Of a DNA stretch of 64,000 nucleotides, positions 48,812 through 58,050 are shown one piece after another. The notes under the pieces are model-generated. The model saw nothing but the letters and a program-made list of their open reading frames with translations. It was not told the origin of the DNA and ran no database searches. Every line of letters starts with the position of its first letter. Positions within the stretch are counted from its first letter, which is position 1. The translations under genes were made by a program, and so were the position numbers. Source of the DNA: a virus; the IMG/VR virus record IMGVR_UViG_3300029908_000019, positions 5,585 through 69,584 of that record; one strand, given 5' to 3'.

Positions 48812-49448
48812 GGCCATTCATATTTGCCGCTTGAATAAAGAGGCTGCAAGAGAAGATTTATCTTTGCCAGTCTTAGATGGTTTACTTAGAGACGGATATA
48901 CTAATGTCATCTGGAAAGCAGATCGGGCAGAGTGTTTTCGTTGTAGGGATTTAAATAGACAGCAATGGACGTTACAAGATTTTTTGAATTCAACTACTCA
49001 CTCAGCACCTATAGCGTCCCATGGGCATCCAAATGATCTTTGTACAGTTGTTGTATCAGGAGATGGTTTACCAGATATAGAGGTTGATTATAATGGGCAT
49101 ACTGATGAAAGCATTGCTCCTGTAGTTAGGACTCCTAGAGTAGTAAAACCAAAGGTAAAGACATTAGCTCCTGGGCCCCAACCCAAAGTAGTAGAAAAAC
49201 CAGTGGTCCCAGAAACTAAGGTAAAATATATTCCTAAAGATGTGCATAAACAGATGAAAGACCCCTTTGAAAAACAGAAGTTAAGCCCACAGGAGTATGA
49301 GGATTGGTTAGCGGATTTAGAAAAAGAACAAGTTGAAGAATCTATACCAGTTCAACCAACAGATGAGGAAAAAGAAGATTGGTTAAAAGATCTCGAAAGA
49401 GAAACAAGTCTTAGAATTCCTCAGTGGATAAGAGGCGTTATAAAATAA
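48774..49448 (+). CDS. MuF-like head morphogenesis protein
   Basis: W......CFRC..LN...HGHPNDLCT resembles the MuF C..C...HPNCRC motif; lies between portal and protease. Confidence 0.6.
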   Translation: MNMENWIKNLAIKAIHICRLNKEAAREDLSLPVLDGLLRDGYTNVIWKADRAECFRCRDLNRQQWTLQDFLNSTTHSAPIASHGHPNDLCTVVVSGDGLPDIEVDYNGHTDESIAPVVRTPRVVKPKVKTLAPGPQPKVVEKPVVPETKVKYIPKDVHKQMKDPFEKQKLSPQEYEDWLADLEKEQVEESIPVQPTDEEKEDWLKDLERETSLRIPQWIRGVIK

Positions 49449-49449
49449 A

Positions 49450-50616
49450 ATGAAGTGGCAAAAGAAATATGAACTTTATATACAGTTTATTAAACCAGAG
49501 TATTTAGCAGGTTTAAGTGTTTCTGATTGCCTAGAAAAATTTGATATTTCATATCCTACGTTGCTCCAATATTTGAAAGAAGATGGTCTTACTAGAGATG
49601 CTTTTGAAACTTTATGTGTAAAATATAAGACTACATCTCAAGAAGTTATTAGTTATTATTTAGCAGGAAATTCTTTAAAAGATTGCGCTAAAAAATTTGG
49701 AATACATGAAGTTACCCTATCCTTAAATTTTAAAAAGAAGGGTATTCCTGTAAGAACTTTAGCTGAAGCTAATAAGTTAAGCGGTAAAGATCGTAAAGGT
49801 CAACCAGCTTGGAATAAGGGTTCTTGGAAAGATAAAGTATCAGAAGATGAACTAGTTTCTTATTACCAAGAAGGGCATACGCTTAAAGAATGTCGTGAGA
49901 AATTTAAAATTGACACAATAAGTATACGGGATGCTATGGAACAACATGGTATTCTTAGAACTAAAAGTACTGCTAGATTGCTTAGTTTAAAAGAACATCC
50001 AGAATACCAAGAGAAACTAGTTGAAAGTTTAAAGAAAAGTGCTCGTTCAGGACCCGATAATCACTTCTTTGGCAAACCTGGATATTGGGCTGGGAAGCAT
50101 ATTCCAAAAGAAGTTTCTGATAAAGGTAAACAAACTAGGTTAGAGAGATTTGGGGCTTACTTTTCAGATGAATCTATTGAATCAATTAGGAAAAATTTAA
50201 TTGGTGTAAGTGCAGGAGAAAAGAATTGGAACTTTGGTAAATCTCCTGTGTCTAGTTTTAAGAGATTTATTTATAAAGATATAAAATTAGATAGTAGTTA
50301 CGAATATGAATTTGTTAAGTATCTAGATAGCAAGAATATACCTTGGACTAGAAATTATAAAAGAATTAATTTAGAAGACGAACAAGGTAAATTTACTTAT
50401 GTACCTGATTTTATTGTGAATGGTGAAATTGTTGAGACTAAAGGATGGTTTTCACCACGAGCAGTTAGAGTAATGAAAGCTCTTTTGAAAGCAGAAATTA
50501 AGGTTAAATATTTTGATGTAGTAGAGCTTAAGAAGCTTGGGCTTCCCATAGCTGGTAGTAATGGCAAAAGTTTTGGCATTAGAGATTGGTATCCATACTT
50601 TGGGTTTAATTGTTAG
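49450..50616 (+). CDS. Putative homing endonuclease (HTH/NUMOD repeats plus PD-(D/E)XK domain)
   Basis: PAWNKG, GPDNHFFGK, SSYE, YVPDF...VETKGW. Confidence 0.75.
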   Translation: MKWQKKYELYIQFIKPEYLAGLSVSDCLEKFDISYPTLLQYLKEDGLTRDAFETLCVKYKTTSQEVISYYLAGNSLKDCAKKFGIHEVTLSLNFKKKGIPVRTLAEANKLSGKDRKGQPAWNKGSWKDKVSEDELVSYYQEGHTLKECREKFKIDTISIRDAMEQHGILRTKSTARLLSLKEHPEYQEKLVESLKKSARSGPDNHFFGKPGYWAGKHIPKEVSDKGKQTRLERFGAYFSDESIESIRKNLIGVSAGEKNWNFGKSPVSSFKRFIYKDIKLDSSYEYEFVKYLDSKNIPWTRNYKRINLEDEQGKFTYVPDFIVNGEIVETKGWFSPRAVRVMKALLKAEIKVKYFDVVELKKLGLPIAGSNGKSFGIRDWYPYFGFNC

Positions 50617-50628
50617 GAGAATTTGTCT

Positions 50629-53600
50629 ATGAGTCTTTATAAAATTGGTTCTATTGTTAATATTACTAAGAGAGCCTATGTAGCTACTGAGGCTTTGTCT
50701 GATCAGAAAGTGGATTTTAAAGTTACGGATATTATTGAACAAAAAAATCCAGAGTTTTTGTATTACACAGCAAAAGCCATTAGCAGTCTTGAGCCTAATT
50801 TTAATCTAAATGGAAATTTCGACGGATTCCCCAAATCTGAACTTAAGAAAGCTTATAAGACTTTCGAAGGTAGGGGCATCTTTTTAAATCATGATAGTGA
50901 CTCTCCAATTAAATCTGTGGGAAGAATTTTATCTGCCGAATATATGGAAGATGAAAAAACAGGTGCTGCATGGATAGAAATTTTAGGACGCATTGACCGC
51001 GTTTTACATCCCGAAATTGCAAGAAAAATCGAGGTTGGGGATTACACTGACACTTCGATGGGTTGCTCAGTAGATGAGTCGGTTTGCTCTGTGTGTGCAA
51101 AAATTTTGCACTCAGATGCTGATGAACGTTGTCAGCACCTTGGGGTTTCATTGGGAAAACGATTTGCAGCAGAAGTTGATATGCCTGAATATGGAATTGT
51201 TAAAGGTCAAGAGATTGTTGCAGGAAGCATAAATCGTGGAATTGTCTTTAATGAGGACAGTTTAGTTAATGTGCCAGCTGATGCTACTGCAAAAATTCGT
51301 ACAATTTTGAATAACATGAAACATCGTTTTACTAAAACTGCAAGTCTTACTTCTGATGAGAAATTAGATTTTGTCAAACAATTCGAAAATTTATTATCTA
51401 AAGTAGATTCAGATATGGCCATAAAATTAAAAGCAGAGTTCTGTGGCATTTGTCCACCAGCACCTATTAAGGAGTCCTCTATGTCCGAAACGAATTTGCC
51501 TAATGAAGAAACAAAGAAGATTCTAAATAAAATTTCAGCTTACGAAATGGGGTTACTTGAATCCTATGTCGCTCATAAGACCAAGAAAGCTAATGAGATT
51601 GTTAATAAAGAAGTGGTTGCAGATGCCACTAAGAAAGAAGAAACATTCCTTTCTAAAATTGTTGCTAAAGTGAAAGATAGTTTTGCTGCTCAGCTATTGG
51701 AGAAGAAAATTGAAACAGTAGCTAAAGAAGAAATTGAGAAGGAAGCTATGAAATGCCCTAAATGCAAACGTCCTATCAAAGAGAATACTGATGGTGATGA
51801 GAAGTATTGTCAGGGGCATTCTGATTCACGTTTTGCTTCTCTTTCAGCCAAATTCAATGAAGATAAAAATAATGTATTAGCCTCCACATGGGAAGTGTAT
51901 GAAGGTAATAAGCTTGTTCTAGATGCTTCTCTTAAAGATATTTGGGATAAAAAATTTGAAACACTATCCTTTGCTGATCAGAAATGGGCAACCAGCGAAG
52001 CATATGGCTTAGAAGCTATTGCTCGCTATCAGAAAGAAGGGCTTGAAAAATTAGCTGAAGATTGGGATGTAAGCCATAAATTAAGCAAGACAGCTAAAGG
52101 TCCAGAACTAGGTCCTGATGGCTCCTATGCAAAACCTTCTACTGGTACAGATAATAAGAAACACAATTATCCTACGACACCTAAATTCACAGATTCTAAA
52201 CCAGGAGCAAATTCAAAAGGTCCAGCAGCCCCTAAGCCAGCAGCAGTTAAGACTGAGACAAAACTTGATATGCCTGGTCAGGAGAAGGGTCAGACAGGCC
52301 CAGCAGCTCCTAAAGCCAAAGAAGTAAAAACAGATTATGCGGAACCAAAGGCAGAAGCAGAAGGTAAGGAAGTTAAAACCACTCCTAAGAATCCAGAAGA
52401 GAAAAAAATGGGGAAATCAGAGAAAGAAGTAAAAACAGATTATAAAACTGTTGGCGAAGAGGCTAAAAAAGCAGAGGAAGAGGGTAAAGAGAAGAAAGAA
52501 GATAAAAAGGCTTCTCTTATTAGTTGGGCTTCCCTTACACCTAAAGCACAAAATTTTATTAAAACAGCAGCAAAGAGTTATATTGCCAGTGGAATGAAAA
52601 ATGCTGAAGCCGTGGCGAAAGCTCACGGTGAATTTGCAGCCCAGGAGAAAGATATGAAAAAGCAAGCAGCTGATAAGCCCGTAGAGAGTGTTGAAGGATC
52701 TACTCTTCCAGAAGGTACAAAAGAGATGGGAGATAAACCTGAAGAAGCCGTAAAAGGCACAACTCTTCCAGGCGGTGCAGCTCCAGCTTCTGCTCCTGAG
52801 ATAAGTGCTCAAGGTGACACGGAACATAAAACGACAGATTTAACTAAGAAACCCGAAGAAGCTGTAAAGGGTACAACCACTCCAGCAGATCATATTTCTA
52901 ATACTGAGAAGAGCGAAGAATCAGTAGATGGAACTACTTTCCCAGCAGATAAAAAAGAAGTTGGCGATAAAGCCGACTCCGCGGTAAAACAAGCTGCTAA
53001 ATCTGAAAACTCTGCTCCAATTGAAGCAGTTCAAGATAAACCAGCACTTTCTAACAAAACCGTAGGTGATAAAGCAGCGCAATCTTCCCAAGGTGATACA
53101 GAGCCAAAGGGATCTGCTCCTGAGAATTCTAGTAATGAGTCTGTAAAGAAATCTGCTGCAACTGAGATGCCTATGCCAGAAGATAAACCAGCTATTGAAG
53201 AAGATGTTAAGGTTGATGAAAAACCAGCACTTCTCCCAGAGGCCCCAAAGCCAGAAGCAGCACCAGCAGCTGAAGTTTCAGCATTTGATAAAACAGAGAA
53301 ACTAGATATTGGCACCGGATATTCCGCTCATAAGGATCATGAATCCAAGGAAATTATCATTGAGAAAGATGGCAAGGAAGTTAAACGTCTTCCAGATGGA
53401 TTTGGTGCAGAAGTAGCCGTTGTTCTTCCTCTATTGAAAGCCGTTCTTGGTCTTCCCGCAGAAGAGGCAAAACCAGAAGTTCCTGGAATGGCTGCTCCAA
53501 TGGAAGAGAAGAAAGAGGAAGTTCCAGCAGTTGAGGAACATCCAGCACTTCAAGAAGCACATGAAGATGAACTAGGAATTAAAGAGTCAGCTCTAAAAGT

Positions 53601-54048
53601 CAGAGAAACTGCACTTCTAGCTAAAGAAGCAACCCTTAAGGCTAAAGAAGAAACTTTAAAGAAAGAAGCTGCAGCAAAGAAATTTGCAGAAGTGTTGAAA
53701 GCTCGTTCTGAACGCTGCCATAAAATCGTAGCTGCCATGGTTGAAAAAAATACGCTTGAAATGGACAAAGAAGTTTATGCTTCTGAACTTCAGCAAGGCA
53801 CTTATCTTCTAGATGCACAGAAGAAAGCTTTTGAACATGCCATTACAGCAAAGCATAAAGAATTCTTAGCAATGACGGATGAGGCATTACTCGCTGCAGA
53901 AAAAGTTATTGCTGATCTCAAACCATCTGTTACAAAGAAAGCCAGTAATATTTTCGTTTCTCCTTCATATGGAGAGCAGATGTCCGAAGATGAAGAGATT
54001 GCAAAGATTTTCCGAACAATGGGAAATTCTAAACAGCATCCTCAATAA
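50629..54048 (+). CDS. Prohead protease fused to a scaffold domain
   Basis: NGNFDGFPKSEL...IFLNH...VGRI...TSMGC protease domain, then a long low-complexity/coiled-coil region; directly upstream of capsid genes; ATG50629 follows AGGAG. Confidence 0.8.
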   Translation: MSLYKIGSIVNITKRAYVATEALSDQKVDFKVTDIIEQKNPEFLYYTAKAISSLEPNFNLNGNFDGFPKSELKKAYKTFEGRGIFLNHDSDSPIKSVGRILSAEYMEDEKTGAAWIEILGRIDRVLHPEIARKIEVGDYTDTSMGCSVDESVCSVCAKILHSDADERCQHLGVSLGKRFAAEVDMPEYGIVKGQEIVAGSINRGIVFNEDSLVNVPADATAKIRTILNNMKHRFTKTASLTSDEKLDFVKQFENLLSKVDSDMAIKLKAEFCGICPPAPIKESSMSETNLPNEETKKILNKISAYEMGLLESYVAHKTKKANEIVNKEVVADATKKEETFLSKIVAKVKDSFAAQLLEKKIETVAKEEIEKEAMKCPKCKRPIKENTDGDEKYCQGHSDSRFASLSAKFNEDKNNVLASTWEVYEGNKLVLDASLKDIWDKKFETLSFADQKWATSEAYGLEAIARYQKEGLEKLAEDWDVSHKLSKTAKGPELGPDGSYAKPSTGTDNKKHNYPTTPKFTDSKPGANSKGPAAPKPAAVKTETKLDMPGQEKGQTGPAAPKAKEVKTDYAEPKAEAEGKEVKTTPKNPEEKKMGKSEKEVKTDYKTVGEEAKKAEEEGKEKKEDKKASLISWASLTPKAQNFIKTAAKSYIASGMKNAEAVAKAHGEFAAQEKDMKKQAADKPVESVEGSTLPEGTKEMGDKPEEAVKGTTLPGGAAPASAPEISAQGDTEHKTTDLTKKPEEAVKGTTTPADHISNTEKSEESVDGTTFPADKKEVGDKADSAVKQAAKSENSAPIEAVQDKPALSNKTVGDKAAQSSQGDTEPKGSAPENSSNESVKKSAATEMPMPEDKPAIEEDVKVDEKPALLPEAPKPEAAPAAEVSAFDKTEKLDIGTGYSAHKDHESKEIIIEKDGKEVKRLPDGFGAEVAVVLPLLKAVLGLPAEEAKPEVPGMAAPMEEKKEEVPAVEEHPALQEAHEDELGIKESALKVRETALLAKEATLKAKEETLKKEAAAKKFAEVLKARSERCHKIVAAMVEKNTLEMDKEVYASELQQGTYLLDAQKKAFEHAITAKHKEFLAMTDEALLAAEKVIADLKPSVTKKASNIFVSPSYGEQMSEDEEIAKIFRTMGNSKQHPQ

Positions 54049-54250
54049 AATTTGTTATAAGACATGCGCGTGTAACAAATTATTCTATATCGTGGGAACG
54101 TTAGAATAATCAAGTTTAAGTTATAAAGATTCGTTAAAAAGATAAAAATAAAAGATTTCCCATAACTAAGTGGGCCTTTAAATAAGCAACCTACCGAGAT
54201 AAGAGTAGATCAGATTGCCAGGATGAAAATAAAATAATAAGGAGTCTCAA

Positions 54251-54724
54251 ATGGCTATTCGACAAATTAAAGAAGTTAACCGATCTATCGGTTATCCAGT
54301 AGCATCTGGGAATATTGTAGGTGGAAACCTACTTGAGATCAATGCATCGGCTCAGGTTCTTCCATGGCTTCATACACGAACCGCAGGGCAACCTCTAGGT
54401 CTCGCAATTGAATCCAACGTATTTTTCCCACTTCAGCCAGCAAATGGTGAAGTAGCAGGGCAGGGTTTCGACTATACCAACTTCAATCGTGGCGGTCTCG
54501 AATCCGTGTATCTAGACGGTGGAGATTTCGTCCTTTATAATGATGGTCGTGGTTATCCCTATGATGCAACCGCAACGTATGCAGTCAACATGCCAGTTTA
54601 TGCCTCTGCTGCAACCGATGGTCTTATCACATCTGATGCAACAAGCACAGTTATTGTTGGTTATGTTGTTGGCTTCGATGTTGCCGTAGCACCAACCCAG
54701 CTCGAAATCAAATCAATTATCTAA
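54251..54724 (+). CDS. Capsid decoration/cement protein
   Basis: 157-aa beta-rich protein between scaffold and MCP; strong RBS; highly-expressed codon usage. Confidence 0.65.
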   Translation: MAIRQIKEVNRSIGYPVASGNIVGGNLLEINASAQVLPWLHTRTAGQPLGLAIESNVFFPLQPANGEVAGQGFDYTNFNRGGLESVYLDGGDFVLYNDGRGYPYDATATYAVNMPVYASAATDGLITSDATSTVIVGYVVGFDVAVAPTQLEIKSII

Positions 54725-54794
54725 TTAATTAGGTATAGATCTAGTTGTAAACAAGATTGGCCGCAAGGTTGACTTGTATTTAAAGGAGAACAAT

Positions 54795-55748
54795 ATGAAC
54801 GAAATTAACAAAGAAGCCTCCTTGGAAGTACTCTCAAGCCAAGAAGTTGAAGCAAAGCTTTCTCGCTTGATGCAGTCTCCCGGTGGGCTACAGAAAATTG
54901 CACAACAGATGCTCTCGCCCCTAAAGCGCGAACTTCTATACGAGGGTCGTATTCGTCAGCTATTCCAGACATACAAACTAGCACTCGGTGAGGAAGCAGT
55001 ATTCGATGCAGATGTTGATGTCCCAGCAGCAAGCATCTCAGTCGAAGGTCTTCCCGCACAGCTTGAAGTTCTAGCAGATCGTATTCGCGTTGAAACGTCC
55101 CCTATTTCAACTCGTCCAATGATCCGTTGGAATGAATCCAACTTCCGCAAGTACGATGTTCTTAATCGTACCCAGGAACGTGCAAAAGCTTCAATCATGC
55201 TACAGGAAGATACTCGTGGATATAATCTGATCAATTTCGCCTCTGGCTTAACGAATCAGACACCCGCAGCATCTCTTGCTGGTACGACTGCTGCAACAAA
55301 CAACCCCTCAGTAATCCCCAACGGCGCAGCTGGACTCTCAATGTATACTTTGGCCACAGCCATTGTAACTCTAAGCTCTAAGCTTCTAGTTGCAAGCAAA
55401 CTATACATTAACCCACTTACCCGTCGTGATCTATTGCTCTTCAATAATGCTTCTAGTGGTAATGGTGGCCTTGGTATTTTCGCCCCCAACTTCCAGGACA
55501 CAGCATTGAAAGCTGGTCGCGTAGGTGGAATCATGGGTGTTGATGTTCTAGAATCAGTCGTTGTTCCAACCACAGCCTGTTTCGTTCTAGCTCCCGCTGA
55601 TTATCTTGGCGTTCTAGCTATTCGTACAGACCTCTCAGTTGAAACTATGAAAGATGTAAATAAGATGGCCGATGTTTTCGCTATATGGGAAGATGTTGGA
55701 TTTTTGTGTCGCTATGCAAAGGGCATCGTGAAGGTAACACTTCCATAA
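54795..55748 (+). CDS. Major capsid protein (HK97-like)
   Basis: Synteny and size (~317 aa); VGGIMGVDVLESVVVP P-domain motif; ATG54795 follows AAGGAG; followed by a hairpin. Confidence 0.85.
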   Translation: MNEINKEASLEVLSSQEVEAKLSRLMQSPGGLQKIAQQMLSPLKRELLYEGRIRQLFQTYKLALGEEAVFDADVDVPAASISVEGLPAQLEVLADRIRVETSPISTRPMIRWNESNFRKYDVLNRTQERAKASIMLQEDTRGYNLINFASGLTNQTPAASLAGTTAATNNPSVIPNGAAGLSMYTLATAIVTLSSKLLVASKLYINPLTRRDLLLFNNASSGNGGLGIFAPNFQDTALKAGRVGGIMGVDVLESVVVPTTACFVLAPADYLGVLAIRTDLSVETMKDVNKMADVFAIWEDVGFLCRYAKGIVKVTLP

Positions 55749-55804
55749 TGTATTGATTTTTAGATACATTTTTGCCTACATCTTAAAAAGATGTTGATAT
55801 ATAG

Positions 55805-55827
55805 GAGGGGTTAGAAATAACCCCTCT
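55805..55827 (+). terminator. Hairpin after MCP
   Basis: GAGGGGTTA-GAAA-TAACCCCTC. Confidence 0.65.
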
Positions 55828-55846
55828 TAGTATATTAATAAAAGAC

Positions 55847-55875
55847 TTGCAAAATAGATAAAGATATGATATACT
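55847..55875 (+). promoter_or_regulatory. Sigma70-type promoter (probably leaderless transcript)
   Basis: TTGCAA-17 nt-TG.TATACT; ATG55882 is 7 nt after the -10 box, no SD. Confidence 0.65.
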
Positions 55876-55881
55876 TAATAT

Positions 55882-57312
55882 ATGAAAAGTAAAGTATCAG
55901 TTTCACGAGAAGAACTTTTAACTAAATCTTTTGGTAACTTGAATGTTGTAGATCAGGATTTACCAGATTTTGTTTCTCCCCATACAGTTAGACAGAAATT
56001 ATTGGTTAAATGTACTTGTGGGGGAACTTCATATATTAGTCCATCAGATTTGTTTTATGGTAAACGCTCCTCTTGTGGACATTGCAACGATAAACCTAGG
56101 GATTGGTGGCTTGCTCAGAAGTTTGGAGAACTTACTATTATAGATAAGAATCTTCCTGAATTTTTAGCTACTAAGTCTCAAAAGGCAGTTTTAACAGAAT
56201 GCTCTTGTGGACAAACCAAATTAATTAGAGTTCAATCTTTAACTTTAGGTAAATCAAAATCTTGTAGACGCTGCAATGCTCAACCGAAAGAATATTTTAT
56301 TAATCAGACTTTTGGAAAGTTAACAATTATAGATCAAAATTTGCCTGAGATGGTAACTCCTAGTCAGCATTTGAAAGTTCTAACACGTTGTTCTTGCAAA
56401 GATGCTACTGAGAAATATATTCAATTGAGCGATATTACATTAGGTAAGGCTACTTCTTGCGGGTGTTCTCAGCTTTTTCCAGGGTCAGTTTCTGAAGCAT
56501 CAAGACAAGTTTATACTGAACTTTTAACATTTTTTCCTGATGCTCAATTTAGTGTAAGAACATTACTTTCTGGGAAAGAAATTGATATCTATATTCCAAG
56601 TAAAAAATTAGCTTTTGAGTATAGTGGTCTTATTTGGCATTCATCTAAATTTTTGACAGAAAATCGTGATTTTGAGAAATATAAACAGCTTAAAGAATTA
56701 GGAATTCGATATTTGAATGTTTATTCAGATGAATGGCAAAAACATAAAGATATTTTTTTAAATTTACTTGTGGGTGTTACCACAGATGAGGCTGTTAAGC
56801 GTATTTATAATTTTGATATTATAGAAGTGGATCAAAAAGAGTTTCAAGTTCACCATAATAAGTTTCATTATTTATCGGGAAGGGAAGTAAATGCTTCTCT
56901 CTATCTATTAGCTAAATATGAAGACCAAATAATTGGTGGTTGGTCTTTTAAGAAATCAGATGAAACTATTGTAGATTGGACCAGGGCATTCTGGGATCAT
57001 AATTTTAAGGCATGGAATCCTCATGAGAAAGCTTTAAAATATGCGATATATAAACTTAATTGTGAAACTGTAATTACTTTCTCTGATAATCGTTTATTTG
57101 ATGGAAGTATGTATGAGAAACTTGGTTTTAAAAAAGTAACTGAACTAAGACCTGATTATGAGTATACTAATGGTTTTATTCGCAAACACAAATTTAATTT
57201 TAGGGTCAAAGCAGGAATAGATGAGAAGTTAGAAGCTGCTAAAAAGGGATTTTTTAGAATCTACGATTGTGGTAAAGTTAAATGGGAGTTTAAGAAAGTC
57301 CTTGACAAGTAG
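55882..57312 (+). CDS. Putative homing endonuclease (Cys repeats, PD-(D/E)XK, C-terminal GNAT-like domain)
   Basis: Three C.CG...SC repeats; EIDIYIP...AFEYSGLIWHS; TFSDNR...G.MYEKLGF; RIYDCG. Confidence 0.75.
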   Translation: MKSKVSVSREELLTKSFGNLNVVDQDLPDFVSPHTVRQKLLVKCTCGGTSYISPSDLFYGKRSSCGHCNDKPRDWWLAQKFGELTIIDKNLPEFLATKSQKAVLTECSCGQTKLIRVQSLTLGKSKSCRRCNAQPKEYFINQTFGKLTIIDQNLPEMVTPSQHLKVLTRCSCKDATEKYIQLSDITLGKATSCGCSQLFPGSVSEASRQVYTELLTFFPDAQFSVRTLLSGKEIDIYIPSKKLAFEYSGLIWHSSKFLTENRDFEKYKQLKELGIRYLNVYSDEWQKHKDIFLNLLVGVTTDEAVKRIYNFDIIEVDQKEFQVHHNKFHYLSGREVNASLYLLAKYEDQIIGGWSFKKSDETIVDWTRAFWDHNFKAWNPHEKALKYAIYKLNCETVITFSDNRLFDGSMYEKLGFKKVTELRPDYEYTNGFIRKHKFNFRVKAGIDEKLEAAKKGFFRIYDCGKVKWEFKKVLDK

Positions 57313-57330
57313 ATAAAAATCTTATATACT
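57302..57330 (+). promoter_or_regulatory. Sigma70-type promoter for the tRNA region
   Basis: TTGACA-17 nt-TATACT; ATG at 57337. Confidence 0.8.
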
Positions 57331-57336
57331 TATTAT

Positions 57337-57495
57337 ATGGATAATATACTTTCAAAACAGATGGAAGATAGAGATAACCATATTCAATGTATTGAATGTG
57401 GTTGGGGTTTTACAAAGACTGAGATAGCTGTTATTGGTGAAGATAGAGCAATGCAACTCGTTATTGCTCATGTTAAAGAATTACAACACGGATGA
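57337..57495 (+). CDS. 52-aa C2H2-like zinc-finger protein
   Basis: CIECG...HVKELQH; apparently leaderless from the promoter at 57302. Confidence 0.5.
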   Translation: MDNILSKQMEDRDNHIQCIECGWGFTKTEIAVIGEDRAMQLVIAHVKELQHG

Positions 57496-57510
57496 TAAAG
57501 TTTGTTTAGT

Positions 57511-57584
57511 GGGCTTGTAGCTCAATTTGGGGGAGCAGGTCCTTTGCAAGGACAAGGTTGCAGGTTCAATTCCTGTCGAGTCCA
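57511..57584 (+). tRNA. tRNA-Ala (TGC)
   Basis: Acceptor GGGCTTG/CGAGTCC with G3:U70; anticodon loop TTTGCAA; T arm GCAGGTTCAATTCCTGT; CCA not encoded. Confidence 0.9.
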
Positions 57585-57600
57585 CTAAGCAAATTAAAGA

Positions 57601-57675
57601 TTTGAGGTAGCTCAATGGTGGAGCAGGAAACTGTTAACTCTCAGGTTGCAAGTTCGAGTCTTGCCCTCAAAGCCA
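57601..57675 (+). tRNA. tRNA-Asn (GTT) with mispaired anticodon stem
   Basis: Acceptor TTTGAGG/CCTCAAA-G-CCA; loop CTGTTAA; T arm GCAAGTTCGAGTCTTGC. Confidence 0.8.
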
Positions 57676-57689
57676 ATTTATAATTTATT

Positions 57690-58005
57690 CCCCCTATTAT
57701 TCGTAATAGGGCTCAGGGCTGCAAAGCTCTTGCATAAGCCCTCTAGCTGATCACTAGAGGCACAATTTGGGTGAACCACTAAGATAGGTATAGGTGACGT
57801 GGATGGTCCTAATCAGACCGTAATGATATTGTCAGGGTGATACCTGCATATGCCTACCAATCCCAATTAATTTGTAGTATGGCAGTTGAAGTCCTGTAAG
57901 GCTACAAAGATGGAAATAGGAAGTGTGCAATAAAGTCCTTATAGGACCTCTGCACGAATTTCGTATTCGCACCTAAACGCCTCGAATTGAAGTACTAACC
58001 GAGTT
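57690..58005 (+). ncRNA. Structured non-coding region (several hairpins, one tRNA-like element)
   Basis: CCCTATTA-TTCG-TAATAGGG, GGGCT-GCAA-AGCTC, CCTCTAG/CTAGAGG, TTTGTAGT/GCTACAAA, GTGCA/TGCAC; no ORF called. Confidence 0.45.
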
Positions 58006-58050
58006 ATTAGATAAGAATATGTAAAAATATGACGAAATAAGGAGAAACAT

